Below, one piece after another: positions 50,230 through 59,492 of a stretch of 64,000 nucleotides of DNA (positions are counted from its first letter, which is position 1; every line of letters begins with the position of its first letter). The notes below the pieces were generated by a model that was given only the letters and a program-made list of their open reading frames with translations, did no database searches and had not been told where the DNA came from. This DNA is from Nitrospirota bacterium (GTDB lineage Bacteria; Nitrospirota; UBA9217): the NCBI GenBank assembly GCA_963737155.1, contig CAVTRN010000001.1:1600001-1664000 (forward strand), read 5' to 3'. Position numbers and translations under genes: made by a program.

Positions 50230-51243
50230 CTAGGGCGCTCCATATTTATTACGAAGCTCTAAATTGACCTCAAGCACATTGATGATCTTTTCCCCTGCGA
50301 GGCCATCGAACGGAGCAAAAGCGTTCTTTTGCAATATCTGTTCGATCTCTTTCCGGACCTCAGCCTGGTCGCGCTTTAAGTCTGTGGCCCATTTTGGAGC
50401 AACCCGGTCGAGCTGAAACTCGGCGTTCAGCAGTGTGATATGCGGATCAAGTCCTGATGCCGACGTGGTGACCAGGTCGCCGGGAACATCCTGAATATCG
50501 GCATCCGCATGGTCCTGACGCCACATATCGAAGAAAATAGACTGGATGTCCGAGCCCGCATTCACCGGTTCGATAGTCGTTATCGTCTTGCCGTCTTTTC
50601 CAGTACGGGTAACACCAGAGGGGAATTTGCCGGCGTTCTCTGCCGAGAAGTTCTTGAAGAAAACGATGGCAAGGTCTGACGCTTTTGGCTGAGATATTCC
50701 CGGATTGTCCTTTATAAACTGTGCTACTTCCTTCGGATGCGACTTGGCCCAGTTATCTACATAGGCAGCGTGCGTCGGATCTCCGGTAACCCATGCCTGG
50801 GCAAGAGAGTTGTGCATATCGGCCCACTGTGCAACAATATGTGGTGCTCCCTGAAACACGTCTTTCTGGAACCACTGCTCGACATCCGGTGCTACCGGCT
50901 GTCCGGCCTTGGGACCGCTTCGATAAGCCACAATCGGACCCAGGGTACGTGCGACACGATCACGCAACGCGTAGTTGGACGCAGCCAGGGCCGACGAGGA
51001 CGAGGCGGACGCATCGTAAGACGCCGCGGAGGGACGGGGTTGAAAGTACTCGTCCTTCGTAAACGGCTGGGCAATGAGCCGTGAGCCCACGGGCTTGCCG
51101 TCAGGCCCCATCAGCAGGCTGCCGTTGGCCTGGGAGGGAAAGAAAACTTGCCCTACTGCCCACAGCGCAAGCGTATATAGGACAACGCAAATGACCACGG
51201 AAAATACTAACAGCAAGATGCTCTTGGAAAGATATCTGAACAT
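50230..51243 (-). CDS. kdpC: extended KdpC (337 aa) with large internal insertion
   Basis: QANGS, GSRLIAQPF, YFQPRPSA, VTTSASGLDPHIT, INVLEVNLEL; GGAGG RBS before MFRYLSK. Confidence 0.88.
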   Translation of the reverse strand: MFRYLSKSILLLVFSVVICVVLYTLALWAVGQVFFPSQANGSLLMGPDGKPVGSRLIAQPFTKDEYFQPRPSAASYDASASSSSALAASNYALRDRVARTLGPIVAYRSGPKAGQPVAPDVEQWFQKDVFQGAPHIVAQWADMHNSLAQAWVTGDPTHAAYVDNWAKSHPKEVAQFIKDNPGISQPKASDLAIVFFKNFSAENAGKFPSGVTRTGKDGKTITTIEPVNAGSDIQSIFFDMWRQDHADADIQDVPGDLVTTSASGLDPHITLLNAEFQLDRVAPKWATDLKRDQAEVRKEIEQILQKNAFAPFDGLAGEKIINVLEVNLELRNKYGAP

Positions 51244-51294
51244 GGGTAAGCCTCCTTGATTCATTGGTACGGTCGCATCAGATAACATCGCCCG

Positions 51295-53124
51295 TTACCC
51301 GCCGACTGGAAACGGTCCAAGATGTTCCGCAATCGGGCCGAGCGCAGCTGCCGGCAGGAAAAGAAGCGCTCCAATAATGAGAATTGTGGCAACCAAAAAC
51401 AGTCCAAACGTGGCGTCGTCGTCGCGCAGAGTCCCCAGACCAACCGGACTCGTTTTTTTCTCGCCCAGATATGCCGCCATTGCGATCGGCGCAATGATCG
51501 GAAGAAAGCGGCTGAAGAGCATGACCAGGCCCGTCGCGATATCAAAAGCTATCGCACTCGGAGCCGGACTCGTTGCGTTGTAGAAACCGTAAGTAACTCC
51601 CAGGCCGTCGAAAGCCGAACCGTTATTAGCGGAAGCTGACGAGAACTGGTACAGGATCTGCGAGAAACCGTGCGCACCGGGGTTGCTTACGGCGTCCACG
51701 CCCCAGTGCGTCACCGCGAAGAGGGCCACGGGCGCGAGAATCATAAACGGATGGACCAGCAAGGCAATGGCCGCCAGCTTGATTTCGCGGGCTTCAATCT
51801 TCTTGCCCAGATATTCCGGCGTCCGCCCCACCATCATGCCGGCGATGAAAATGCCGATGATTATATACAGCAGCATGTTTATCATCCCGACGCCTTTTCC
51901 TCCGAAAATGGAGTTGATCCACATTCCAACCATGGGCGACAAGGCGGCGATCGGGTTCAAACTGTCTTCCTCTGCGTTCACCGCGCCGCAGGTCACATCT
52001 GTCGTCAAAGCGTCGAACGTAGCGCCTGCCGAGGTCCCGAAACGCATTTCTTTGCCCTCGAGATTGCCCAGGTGCTGGTCTACCGGCAAACCCGCAACCG
52101 CGGCAAAGGTCACGGGCTTTTTCATATCCCACGATTTTTCACCGGGAATTTCGAGGGTTCGCGCAGCATGTGCCGTCAATCCCGGGTTCGGTTTCATGGT
52201 ATCATAATAGATTGACCAAACCACGGTGCCCGCCATGAGCGCCAACATGACAATAAATATGACATAGGCATGCCGCATTTTGCCGAGCATCCGTCCGTAC
52301 ATGATAACAAGCGCGAAGGGGAAGATCATCATTGCAAGCGTGTTGAAAAAGTTCGACAGTGCAGTCGGATTTTCGAAGGGGTGCGCTGAGTTCATTCCAT
52401 AAAATCCGCCGCCGTTGGTCCCGAGCATTTTAATGGACTCAAGTGCCGCCACGGGGCCAACCACGATCGTCTGCTGCTTCGCCTCTCCCTTGTCTGTTGT
52501 TCCCATGGCCGCGGGTTCCAGTGTCGAAACCTGGTGGAAGGTTTTGAAGGTCATCGGGCTGCCTTGCGATAGGAAAATGAGGGAGAAGACAAAGGCAAAC
52601 GGAACAAACATGTAGATCATAACCCGCCACATATCCAGGAAAAAGTTTCCGAGCGACTTATCACTGCGCAAGGCTCGTATGATCGCGGCCAGTGCGCACA
52701 AGCCGATGGCGGCCGATATATACATATTTGAGATGCAAAAGAAAATCTGACTGAAGTTCGACAGATGCTGGTCCCCGGAATAGTGCTGGAGGTTCGTGTT
52801 CGTCATGAACGACACCACGCTGTTAAAGATCGTGCTGGGGAACAGCATTGTCTTGCCGTCGGGGTTGAGCGGCATATATGGCTGGAGTGCCAGAACAAGA
52901 TAACCGAAGACGAAGAGGACTGTGTTGAAGAGAAGCAGGGAGCCGATATACTGCTTCCAGTTCTGAGGACCGCTGTCCAGGCGCTTTTCGAACCACCCCA
53001 TGACCGGTAGAGGCCGGTATTTCCCATCCATGATCCAGGCCAGGTAGCGGCTCAAGGGGAATGCAACAATAGTCGCTGTGGCGAGAAGCGTAAAGGGAAG
53101 CAGCCAGGTTTGAATAAACATCAT
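51295..53124 (-). CDS. kdpA: K+-transporting ATPase subunit A, divergent class
   Basis: [32 protein letters not shown]. Confidence 0.93.
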   Translation of the reverse strand: MMFIQTWLLPFTLLATATIVAFPLSRYLAWIMDGKYRPLPVMGWFEKRLDSGPQNWKQYIGSLLLFNTVLFVFGYLVLALQPYMPLNPDGKTMLFPSTIFNSVVSFMTNTNLQHYSGDQHLSNFSQIFFCISNMYISAAIGLCALAAIIRALRSDKSLGNFFLDMWRVMIYMFVPFAFVFSLIFLSQGSPMTFKTFHQVSTLEPAAMGTTDKGEAKQQTIVVGPVAALESIKMLGTNGGGFYGMNSAHPFENPTALSNFFNTLAMMIFPFALVIMYGRMLGKMRHAYVIFIVMLALMAGTVVWSIYYDTMKPNPGLTAHAARTLEIPGEKSWDMKKPVTFAAVAGLPVDQHLGNLEGKEMRFGTSAGATFDALTTDVTCGAVNAEEDSLNPIAALSPMVGMWINSIFGGKGVGMINMLLYIIIGIFIAGMMVGRTPEYLGKKIEAREIKLAAIALLVHPFMILAPVALFAVTHWGVDAVSNPGAHGFSQILYQFSSASANNGSAFDGLGVTYGFYNATSPAPSAIAFDIATGLVMLFSRFLPIIAPIAMAAYLGEKKTSPVGLGTLRDDDATFGLFLVATILIIGALLFLPAAALGPIAEHLGPFPVGG

Positions 53125-53219
53125 CTTACCTCCTTGTTATTTTTGAATCAGTCGCCTCTCTTGGGTACCGCTAACAGAGAAAATCATGAAAGGAGGCGAC
53201 ACATCGAGCAGGAATCCAA

Positions 53220-53315
53220 TTAGATTTTTTCACAAGCTTTCACAAACAAACCACATACTCCCATCCCTGCAATGCCGAGGAAAAACATCGTTAACAGCCA
53301 GATGGCAACGTTCAT
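53220..53315 (-). CDS. small hydrophobic peptide (31 aa: MNVAIWLLTMFFLGIAGMGVCGLFVKACEKI)
   Basis: AAGGAGG RBS; paralog at 60087-60182. Confidence 0.8.
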   Translation of the reverse strand: MNVAIWLLTMFFLGIAGMGVCGLFVKACEKI

Positions 53316-53352
53316 CGGGAATCCCTCCTTTGCGTTAAGATGCATTGTCCCT

Positions 53353-53445
53353 TCATGACAGGCTCTCCGGCCTAAGAAGCGCGATCATGAGATAAATAAA
53401 TAGCCCTGCGGAAACAATGCCGCCAATCCAGTAGAATAGTTCCAT
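53353..53445 (-). CDS. kdpF: KdpF copy 2 (MELFYWIGGIVSAGLFIYLMIALLRPESLS)
   Basis: Close paralog of 16319-16411; GGAGG RBS. Confidence 0.85.
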   Translation of the reverse strand: MELFYWIGGIVSAGLFIYLMIALLRPESLS

Positions 53446-53459
53446 TCAAGCCCTCCTTC

Positions 53460-53540
53460 CTAGACTTGTTCAACGAGTTTCACGAAATATCAGTTTGCAA
53501 CAAAGAACACAATTGCGATGCCGATAAACAGGACGTCTAT
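53460..53540 (-). pseudogene. inactivated kdp leader peptide
   Basis: IDVLFIGIAIVFFVAN*YFVKLVEQV*; same 81-nt length as 16422-16502, with ATA in place of ATG and TGA at the conserved Trp. Confidence 0.7.
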
Positions 53541-53582
53541 GGATCGTCCTTCTTTGCATGGATAAATTATAAGCACAAACGG

Positions 53583-53631
53583 CGTTAAATTGTTGATAAT
53601 AATGGTGCAAAAAGAATTAAAATTTTATAAA
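53583..53631 (-). promoter_or_regulatory. KdpE-box-like promoter of kdp operon 2
   Basis: Minus strand TTTATAaaattTTAATTctttt..., then TATAAT; aligns with 59719-59800 and 58450-58517. Confidence 0.6.
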
Positions 53632-54228
53632 GATTTACTATGGTTCTTTTGTCACGTACTCCATATATAATTATAAGAATATGCAACAAATAGTCGCCCA
53701 ATCCGGAATCAACCATCGCTATATTTACCGCCCTCGGGCCTCTTCCTAAACTTGATACTCTGGATAAGGAATGCCAGGCGGCCTCTGCACGCCGGATAAT
53801 CAAAATCTCTCAAAGATCAACTCCGCTTCGTGTTAGGATACTAGTCGAACAAAGCCTGGACGTCTGTGATGGATGCACAGTGGAGGTTTGTTCTCAAAAT
53901 AAAGCTTAAGCTAACTTGATAGAAATAATCAACTTAGGCATTTATGAAAGCCATCCTTCACAGGAGGAGCATGGGATTTAGACATGCGTCGCATGTCCAA
54001 CAGCGCTTTTACAAGTCTGTTAAAATTATGTCTGTCTCGTTGCCCCTTACTTGTTTGCAACGGCAGCTGTTAAATAGGATATGCAGAATACCGGTTGATA
54101 CTTGCGCCACTTCTCATCACTGACGATTAGCGACGCCATCTCGAACACGAGCTGCTGGGTTGTGGCGAGATTGCCCCCCGTGTTGCCTGCTTTGTCAATA
54201 TAGAAAAAGTGCATTATCGCCCTACTGC

Positions 54229-54294
54229 GCTTGACACAATCGTTCGCAGGGACTGCGGCAGTTTCGCATGATCCCGCGAAGCGTGATGTTATAG
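54229..54294 (-). repeat. integron attC-like site of the DUF4062 cassette
   Basis: Minus strand CTATAAC (contains the stop codon)..CGCTTCGCGGGA / TCCCTGCGAACG..GTCAAGC; complementary GTTATAG core at 55309-55303. Confidence 0.65.
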
Positions 54295-55290
54295 CTTCTT
54301 TTTTATTTTCACACTTCGAAGTGCTAACATTTTATGTTTGCCCTTTAGGGTTAGAGCCCAAGATAAACCCGCCCCGAAACCGACAGTATTAAGTGACGTT
54401 ACTTGGATAAGACCAAGAGCAAGAAATTGCACTTTTATACTCTGAAGGATATCGATATCTAGTTTTGCCGCAAAGGGCTCTCCAAATCCCGTTGCTTTCA
54501 AAAGTACTAAAGCAATTTGAATTTGTAAGCTATCTTCATCATGCCACCGTAATAAATAAGGGGAAATTAATTTGAAGATGTCTTTCCAAGATATTTTTTC
54601 AAACCATTCTCGGGAAGACTGTCCAGCCTCCATTGAATAAGTTCCAGATATAATAGTTACCTCTTTAAATGCAATATTTTTCGTATCGATGTTGACTTCT
54701 GCAATGCTTTCCATCCTTGAAATTTGTGTTTGCAATTCGTGATTTTCTTTTCTCAAATTATTTATTTCTTCGAGCATTTCCGCGCTTCCTACCTTGCCCG
54801 CTCGAACCCAGCCTTTATTTGGATTATCTCTAATCAACTGAGTTAAGCTTCTGCTTACCACTGCTCCTAATTCATACGTATTGCTCCAGTGCTTATATAA
54901 ATTACTTCTCACAATTGACATAAACTCTTCCAGCTTCTGAACCTGATTCTCATCCTTATCATTTTTATCATCAGGTAAAGAATCGTGGTCATGCCGGATA
55001 AACCCAATGGCAGGTATCCCCTTTGATAGTGCATATTCATATTCTTTGCGAGCGTAACTTTTCTCATCCTGATCTTCGGATCCATAAAAACCACAAATTA
55101 TTACGACATAATAATCACATTTATCAATTAGGTCCTTTATGACAGTCCACTGATCCTCATTCGCCGCAGGATAGTATTCCATACCACATGGGACACAATC
55201 CAATTCGAGGAGCGCTTTCATAACCTCCAGGCGTTCATCAACGAGATTTTCAGATGTTGAGCTCACAAAAACCTGGTACCGCTTATCCAT
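54289..55290 (-). CDS. DUF4062 domain-containing protein
   Basis: KRYQVFVSST..L..ER, GME, IDKCDYYVVII, EYEYA, GWVRA; AT-rich. Confidence 0.88.
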   Translation of the reverse strand: MDKRYQVFVSSTSENLVDERLEVMKALLELDCVPCGMEYYPAANEDQWTVIKDLIDKCDYYVVIICGFYGSEDQDEKSYARKEYEYALSKGIPAIGFIRHDHDSLPDDKNDKDENQVQKLEEFMSIVRSNLYKHWSNTYELGAVVSRSLTQLIRDNPNKGWVRAGKVGSAEMLEEINNLRKENHELQTQISRMESIAEVNIDTKNIAFKEVTIISGTYSMEAGQSSREWFEKISWKDIFKLISPYLLRWHDEDSLQIQIALVLLKATGFGEPFAAKLDIDILQSIKVQFLALGLIQVTSLNTVGFGAGLSWALTLKGKHKMLALRSVKIKKKL

Positions 55291-55455
55291 TGTCTCTTTT
55301 CCCTATAACATCAATTTGGCGACAATAATTCATCATGTAGGTTTCAACTCCTAAACAGTTTCCTTCCTTGCACTCTTCTCGTGCGTAATTGCTGCAAGCC
55401 TGAAGCAGCAGCATAATGGAACGTCTTTTCGCATCCATTCCCCTTCTTCGCGCGG

Positions 55456-56907
55456 TCAGTCTCGTTCCTGCTCTTCATCATCTCTCTCGCCAAAAGACGG
55501 GCGTATTCCCAATTTAAGTATTTTTTTCTTGAGCGTGTTCCGGTTAATGCCAAGCAGTTTCGAAGCATGTACCTGGTTGCCCGAGGTCTTTGTGAGTACG
55601 AGCGAGAGAAGAATTTTCTCCACGCGTTGTGTTACCATAGAATAGATGTCGCTTGTTTCGAGTCCGCTCATACGGTCTACGAGATCGGCAAGTTTTATCT
55701 CAAGATAGTTTTCAAAGGATGATGAAGTGGCGTGGCCTCGTTTGACTATCTGAGGGGGGAGGGAGTCTAAAAATATTTTATCACTCTGCGAAAGGGTGAT
55801 TGCGCGCTGCACCGCGTTTTCCAGTTCGCGGACGTTCCCAGGCCAGTCGTATTTACAGAGGATATCAAGAGTTTCTGGAGTGAACATCTTGGATTTGGTG
55901 CCTGACTGGTATTTCTGTATAAAAAAATCGATAAGAGGAGCGATATCGTCTTTCCGCTTCCTGAGAGGCGGGATGTCGATCTGGATCACATTCAGACGGT
56001 AAAAAAGGTCCTGACGGAAACGTTTGTCCTGAATGGCCTTCTCCAGGTTCTGATGAGTGGCAGCAATCACGCGGGCATATGTTCTGATGGTGTTTGTGCC
56101 ACCCACACGTTCGAACTCGTATTCCTGGAGCACTCGTAAAAGCTTGCCCTGGAGCGACATGCTCAGGTCGCCGATCTCGTCCAGAAACAAAGTCCCGCCA
56201 GAAGCCGCTTCGAATTTCCCTATTTTTTTAGCTGCGGCTCCGGTAAACGCGCCCTTCTCATGCCCGAAGAGTTCGCTTTCAAGGAGTTCCGATGGAATCG
56301 CTGCAGAATTTACGGCGATAAAAGGTCTGCCAGCCCGAGTGCCGCCGTGGAAATGAATTGCCCGGGCAACGAGTTCCTTCCCGGTACCGCTCTCACCACG
56401 TATCAAGACGGTTGCATCGCTTTCCGCGACCCTTCCGATCGTCTTGTAAATCTCCTGCATGGCGGGCGTATTGCCGATCAGTCCGCCTTCGTTTTTATCC
56501 CGCACTTCGGCGCGAAGGACTTCGACCTCGAGCGAAAGCCTCCGTATGTCGAGGGCTTTCTGAATGAGAACATAGACTTCCTCGAGATCGAAAGGCTTCG
56601 TGATGTAATCAAAAGCCCCTCGGCGCATAGCTTCGATTGCGTTCTGCATGTTTGCTTGCGCGGTCATAATTATGACCGGGATCCTGGCCTGTCCGTTCTG
56701 GATTATTTCGAGTGCATCGAGCCCGTTCATACCCGGCATGCGAATGTCCATCATAACCAGGGAGATATCGCCTTTTTTGATCCTCTCGAGAGCCTCAACT
56801 GAACTCCCGGCGACCTCCGTCTCGATATCTTGTTTTTCAAGCGACTTCTTCAGAACCCAGCGAACACTTTCCTCATCATCGACAATAAGAACTTTCTCGT
56901 AACTCAT
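55456..56907 (-). CDS. sigma54-dependent response regulator (NtrC family)
   Basis: Receiver domain, GESGTGKE, GAFTGA, WPGNVRELEN, Fis HTH (LGINRNTL); no adjacent kinase. Confidence 0.92.
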   Translation of the reverse strand: MSYEKVLIVDDEESVRWVLKKSLEKQDIETEVAGSSVEALERIKKGDISLVMMDIRMPGMNGLDALEIIQNGQARIPVIIMTAQANMQNAIEAMRRGAFDYITKPFDLEEVYVLIQKALDIRRLSLEVEVLRAEVRDKNEGGLIGNTPAMQEIYKTIGRVAESDATVLIRGESGTGKELVARAIHFHGGTRAGRPFIAVNSAAIPSELLESELFGHEKGAFTGAAAKKIGKFEAASGGTLFLDEIGDLSMSLQGKLLRVLQEYEFERVGGTNTIRTYARVIAATHQNLEKAIQDKRFRQDLFYRLNVIQIDIPPLRKRKDDIAPLIDFFIQKYQSGTKSKMFTPETLDILCKYDWPGNVRELENAVQRAITLSQSDKIFLDSLPPQIVKRGHATSSSFENYLEIKLADLVDRMSGLETSDIYSMVTQRVEKILLSLVLTKTSGNQVHASKLLGINRNTLKKKILKLGIRPSFGERDDEEQERD

Positions 56908-57063
56908 TGTTGTTCCTCATGATCAGAGAAGGAGCTTTAATCCTGTCTTCTTTGTTCCCGATGAACGTAATCTTTGAATCCAAAACGCGATGTTTCTTAG
57001 AAAATGGCGTCCTGAAACCAGCAGCACAATTCCAAGAACCGCATATTCCAAAGCAAAAAATAT

Positions 57064-57209
57064 TCATATCTGTCTTCTACAAATAATCAAGTTCTGGAGT
57101 ATCCCAAGTTTGTTGGCGGCCTTAGCTATGCTCCCATTACATTCTGTGAGGGCTTTGATAAGCTCATCCCTCACCATTTATCTTCCACTTTCTCTTTCAG
57201 TTTGACCAT
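57064..57209 (-). pseudogene. stand-alone Fis-type HTH gene, frameshifted
   Basis: MVKLKEKVED / VRDELIKALTECNGSIAKAANKLGI in two frames. Confidence 0.55.
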
Positions 57210-57316
57210 TTTTTTCTCTAAGGTTATGCATTAGTTGATTCGCCCGTATGCATACCTCGGCATCTTCCCTCTAAACCAGTGCTTTTCTATCGACTCTGCG
57301 GTCAAGAGAGACTGAT

Positions 57317-57634
57317 CTAAAGTGCTTCAATAAGAGGGAGGATACATATCCTACAATCTCCCTTTTGGTCTATCCTGACAATCTTACGGATTGTTGCAAC
57401 AACGTTGTCTACCAAGCCATCTGCAACGATAATCTCGACTTCCATTTTTGTCATAAAGTCTGAGATATATTCTGCTCCACGGTAAAACAATGTCTCCCCT
57501 TTCTTAAAGCCGTTACTTACACGTTGGCTAACCATTGTTTCCTCAACCATTATTTCATCGATTCCCATGTCCTGAAGTGCAGTTTTTACCTTTTCTAAAG
57601 TTAACGGCCTAACTATGGCTTTTATCAGTTTCAT
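57317..57634 (-). CDS. divergent PII-family protein (105 aa)
   Basis: MKLIKAIVRP, YRGAEY, KMEVEIIV, GDCRI; AGGAGG RBS. Confidence 0.8.
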   Translation of the reverse strand: MKLIKAIVRPLTLEKVKTALQDMGIDEIMVEETMVSQRVSNGFKKGETLFYRGAEYISDFMTKMEVEIIVADGLVDNVVATIRKIVRIDQKGDCRICILPLIEAL

Positions 57635-57728
57635 GATGCTCCTCCTTGCTTTCTTGATTTTCAAATATCCGCATTCGCTGTTCCGGACGTATAATAATTC
57701 CATTCCCTGTCCATGGCGGTAATAAACT

Positions 57729-58061
57729 TTACCGCGTCAGCGAAGCATTTCGTGTCAACTGTACGCGTTCGTTGAGCGTCCTATCATCTCTGCTCATGTA
57801 CGATATCTTGTCCTCATGCCTGTCGGCAAGCATCCATGCTCTTTTATAAAGATATTTCGGTTGTTTCAGTATTACCCTGAATTGCCCGGCCTCAAAATTC
57901 ACCGGCATGAAGAGTCCGGACTCTCGAGCAAGAATATTAGCCTGCACGAACGCCCATTCACTCCCTGTTGTAAATCCTTTGCTCTGGCCGATCGGAAAAC
58001 CAGCCGCAAAACCCATAAGCAATAAAGCGATCATCAATGCACCTCGAATTATTATTTTCAT
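57729..58061 (-). CDS. hypothetical secreted/membrane protein (110 aa)
   Basis: AAGGAAGG RBS, hydrophobic N-terminus. Confidence 0.65.
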   Translation of the reverse strand: MKIIIRGALMIALLLMGFAAGFPIGQSKGFTTGSEWAFVQANILARESGLFMPVNFEAGQFRVILKQPKYLYKRAWMLADRHEDKISYMSRDDRTLNERVQLTRNASLTR

Positions 58062-58120
58062 TGGCCTTCCTTACTATGAGTTTGTGGTTCGAAAACCACA
58101 TCGCTCTATCCCATAATTTT

Positions 58121-58364
58121 TCAGCTGTATCTTACGACCATCTTTCCTGAAGTTCGGGATTGCGCGTTGACGATCGTTTCACCCGCATGTTTTCCAAAAG
58201 GCGCCGCGGCGTACTTCTGCAATATTTCCTCGATCTTTTCGGCTTGCCGACGGATCACGTTTCAGGTTAGCCACCCATTTGCAGGCAACCCGCTCGGGCT
58301 AAAACTCGACGTTCTGTATAGTGATATGAGGATTAAACCCTGATGCGGACGCGGTGACCATTTC
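58121..58364 (-). pseudogene. kdpC: kdpC C-terminal relic (extended-KdpC class)
   Basis: EMVTASASGFNPHITIQNVEF*PERVACKWVANLKRDP / KIEEILQKYAAAPFGKHAGETIVN matches the C-terminus of 50230-51243; one stop and one frameshift. Confidence 0.8.
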
Positions 58365-58426
58365 GTTGGGAAAAACCAACTAACCGCTAACAATGCGACA
58401 GCGATGCCAAAATATGTGACGTTCAT
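58262..58426 (-). CDS. kdp leader-type peptide (MNVTYFGIAVALLAVSWFF...) read through into the kdpC relic
   Basis: AAAGGAGG RBS; N-terminus paralogous to 59810-60013 and 16422-16502. Confidence 0.55.
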   Translation of the reverse strand: MNVTYFGIAVALLAVSWFFPTKWSPRPHQGLILISLYRTSSFSPSGLPANGWLT

Positions 58427-58469
58427 TGCCATCACCTCCTTTGCGTTGTTTAAATATATGCACAATCGC

Positions 58470-58517
58470 CATAAAGATGCTGTTAAAAAGATTGTAAAAT
58501 AATAAAGATTTTATAAA
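58470..58517 (-). promoter_or_regulatory. KdpE-box-like promoter of the relic operon
   Basis: Minus strand TTTATAaaatcTTTATT..TTTAACagcatcTTTATG; flank 58520-58590 resembles 53635-53702. Confidence 0.55.
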
Positions 58518-58919
58518 GATATTTTAATATATTTTTTGCCCTGCACTCCATATATAATAATATGAATATGCATAGTATGATCGCTCAATGAGGGACCATC
58601 CACCACCTCAACAGCCCGTGTGATTAAAATATCAAACGAATTTATTGCATATTTCTGATGGAATAATTCCTGTCTTTTGCTCTTTAACTGACATCGAGGT
58701 GGTCAATATCGCGATGCCTGGGAAATTTTAGTGTGGTGCCCACATGTTCATTGTCCGCAGGCTTGACGGTAGCAAATAATATGACAACCCGTGGCAGTCC
58801 GGAAATAGAAGCGGAGTAGGAAACTTCAATCGTATCTCTGGTGAAAGAAAATTGAAATCGGGCTATGGTCGTGTTGTCGGGGCTAGCCTATCTGGAGTAT
58901 ACGGTTAGCGATCAGACGG

Positions 58920-59438
58920 GTGGGAAACATCTATAGGGACGGTTTGGAGCCTGCATTGATCGGGCAAAATCAAACACCTGGAATCATCTTATCTGTCTCC
59001 GTCACGAGGATCTCATGTAACCAGGTCCCAAAGTCTGAAGAGGTTTCCCAAGACTCTTTTGGACAGCTCGCGCTCCGGGCCTTCAAAGTTTATATATTAG
59101 TGATAGCGTTGGTCCTCCTGGACCCGGGTTTCAAACCAATGATCGATATGTACATATCGAAAATTCCAGCACCGATCTTCTATTGGGGTAATATTACCTC
59201 GACGATTCTCGACAATGCCACGCTTGCCGCAGCGGAACTTGGACTCATTCTGACAGCTGCTCAAGTAACGGGTATCATGATGGGCGTCATCATCTCAGGC
59301 AGCATGCGGATCCCTGGAAATATTCCGAATATCATCGCAGCAAACAAGCTGCACATCTCGATCAGAGCATGGGTAAAGGTCGGCGTGCAGTTCGCCCTGG
59401 CGATAATGGCCGTCTATTTCAGCATACTCTACTTCTAA
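58920..59438 (+). pseudogene. DUF1646-like membrane protein, C-terminal fragment
   Basis: STILDNATLAAAE, IPGNIPNIIAANKL; N-terminal half apparently missing. Confidence 0.6.
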
Positions 59439-59492
59439 ATTTTCCTCATATCGTACACAATCGAAAAAGCTGTTCTTGTACAAGGTCCCTTG

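Noticed and set aside
53151-53200. GTCGCCTC/GAGGCGAC inverted repeat before kdpA2 as an attenuator
   Set aside because: 8-bp stem with a long loop, no U-tract, and absent before kdpA3
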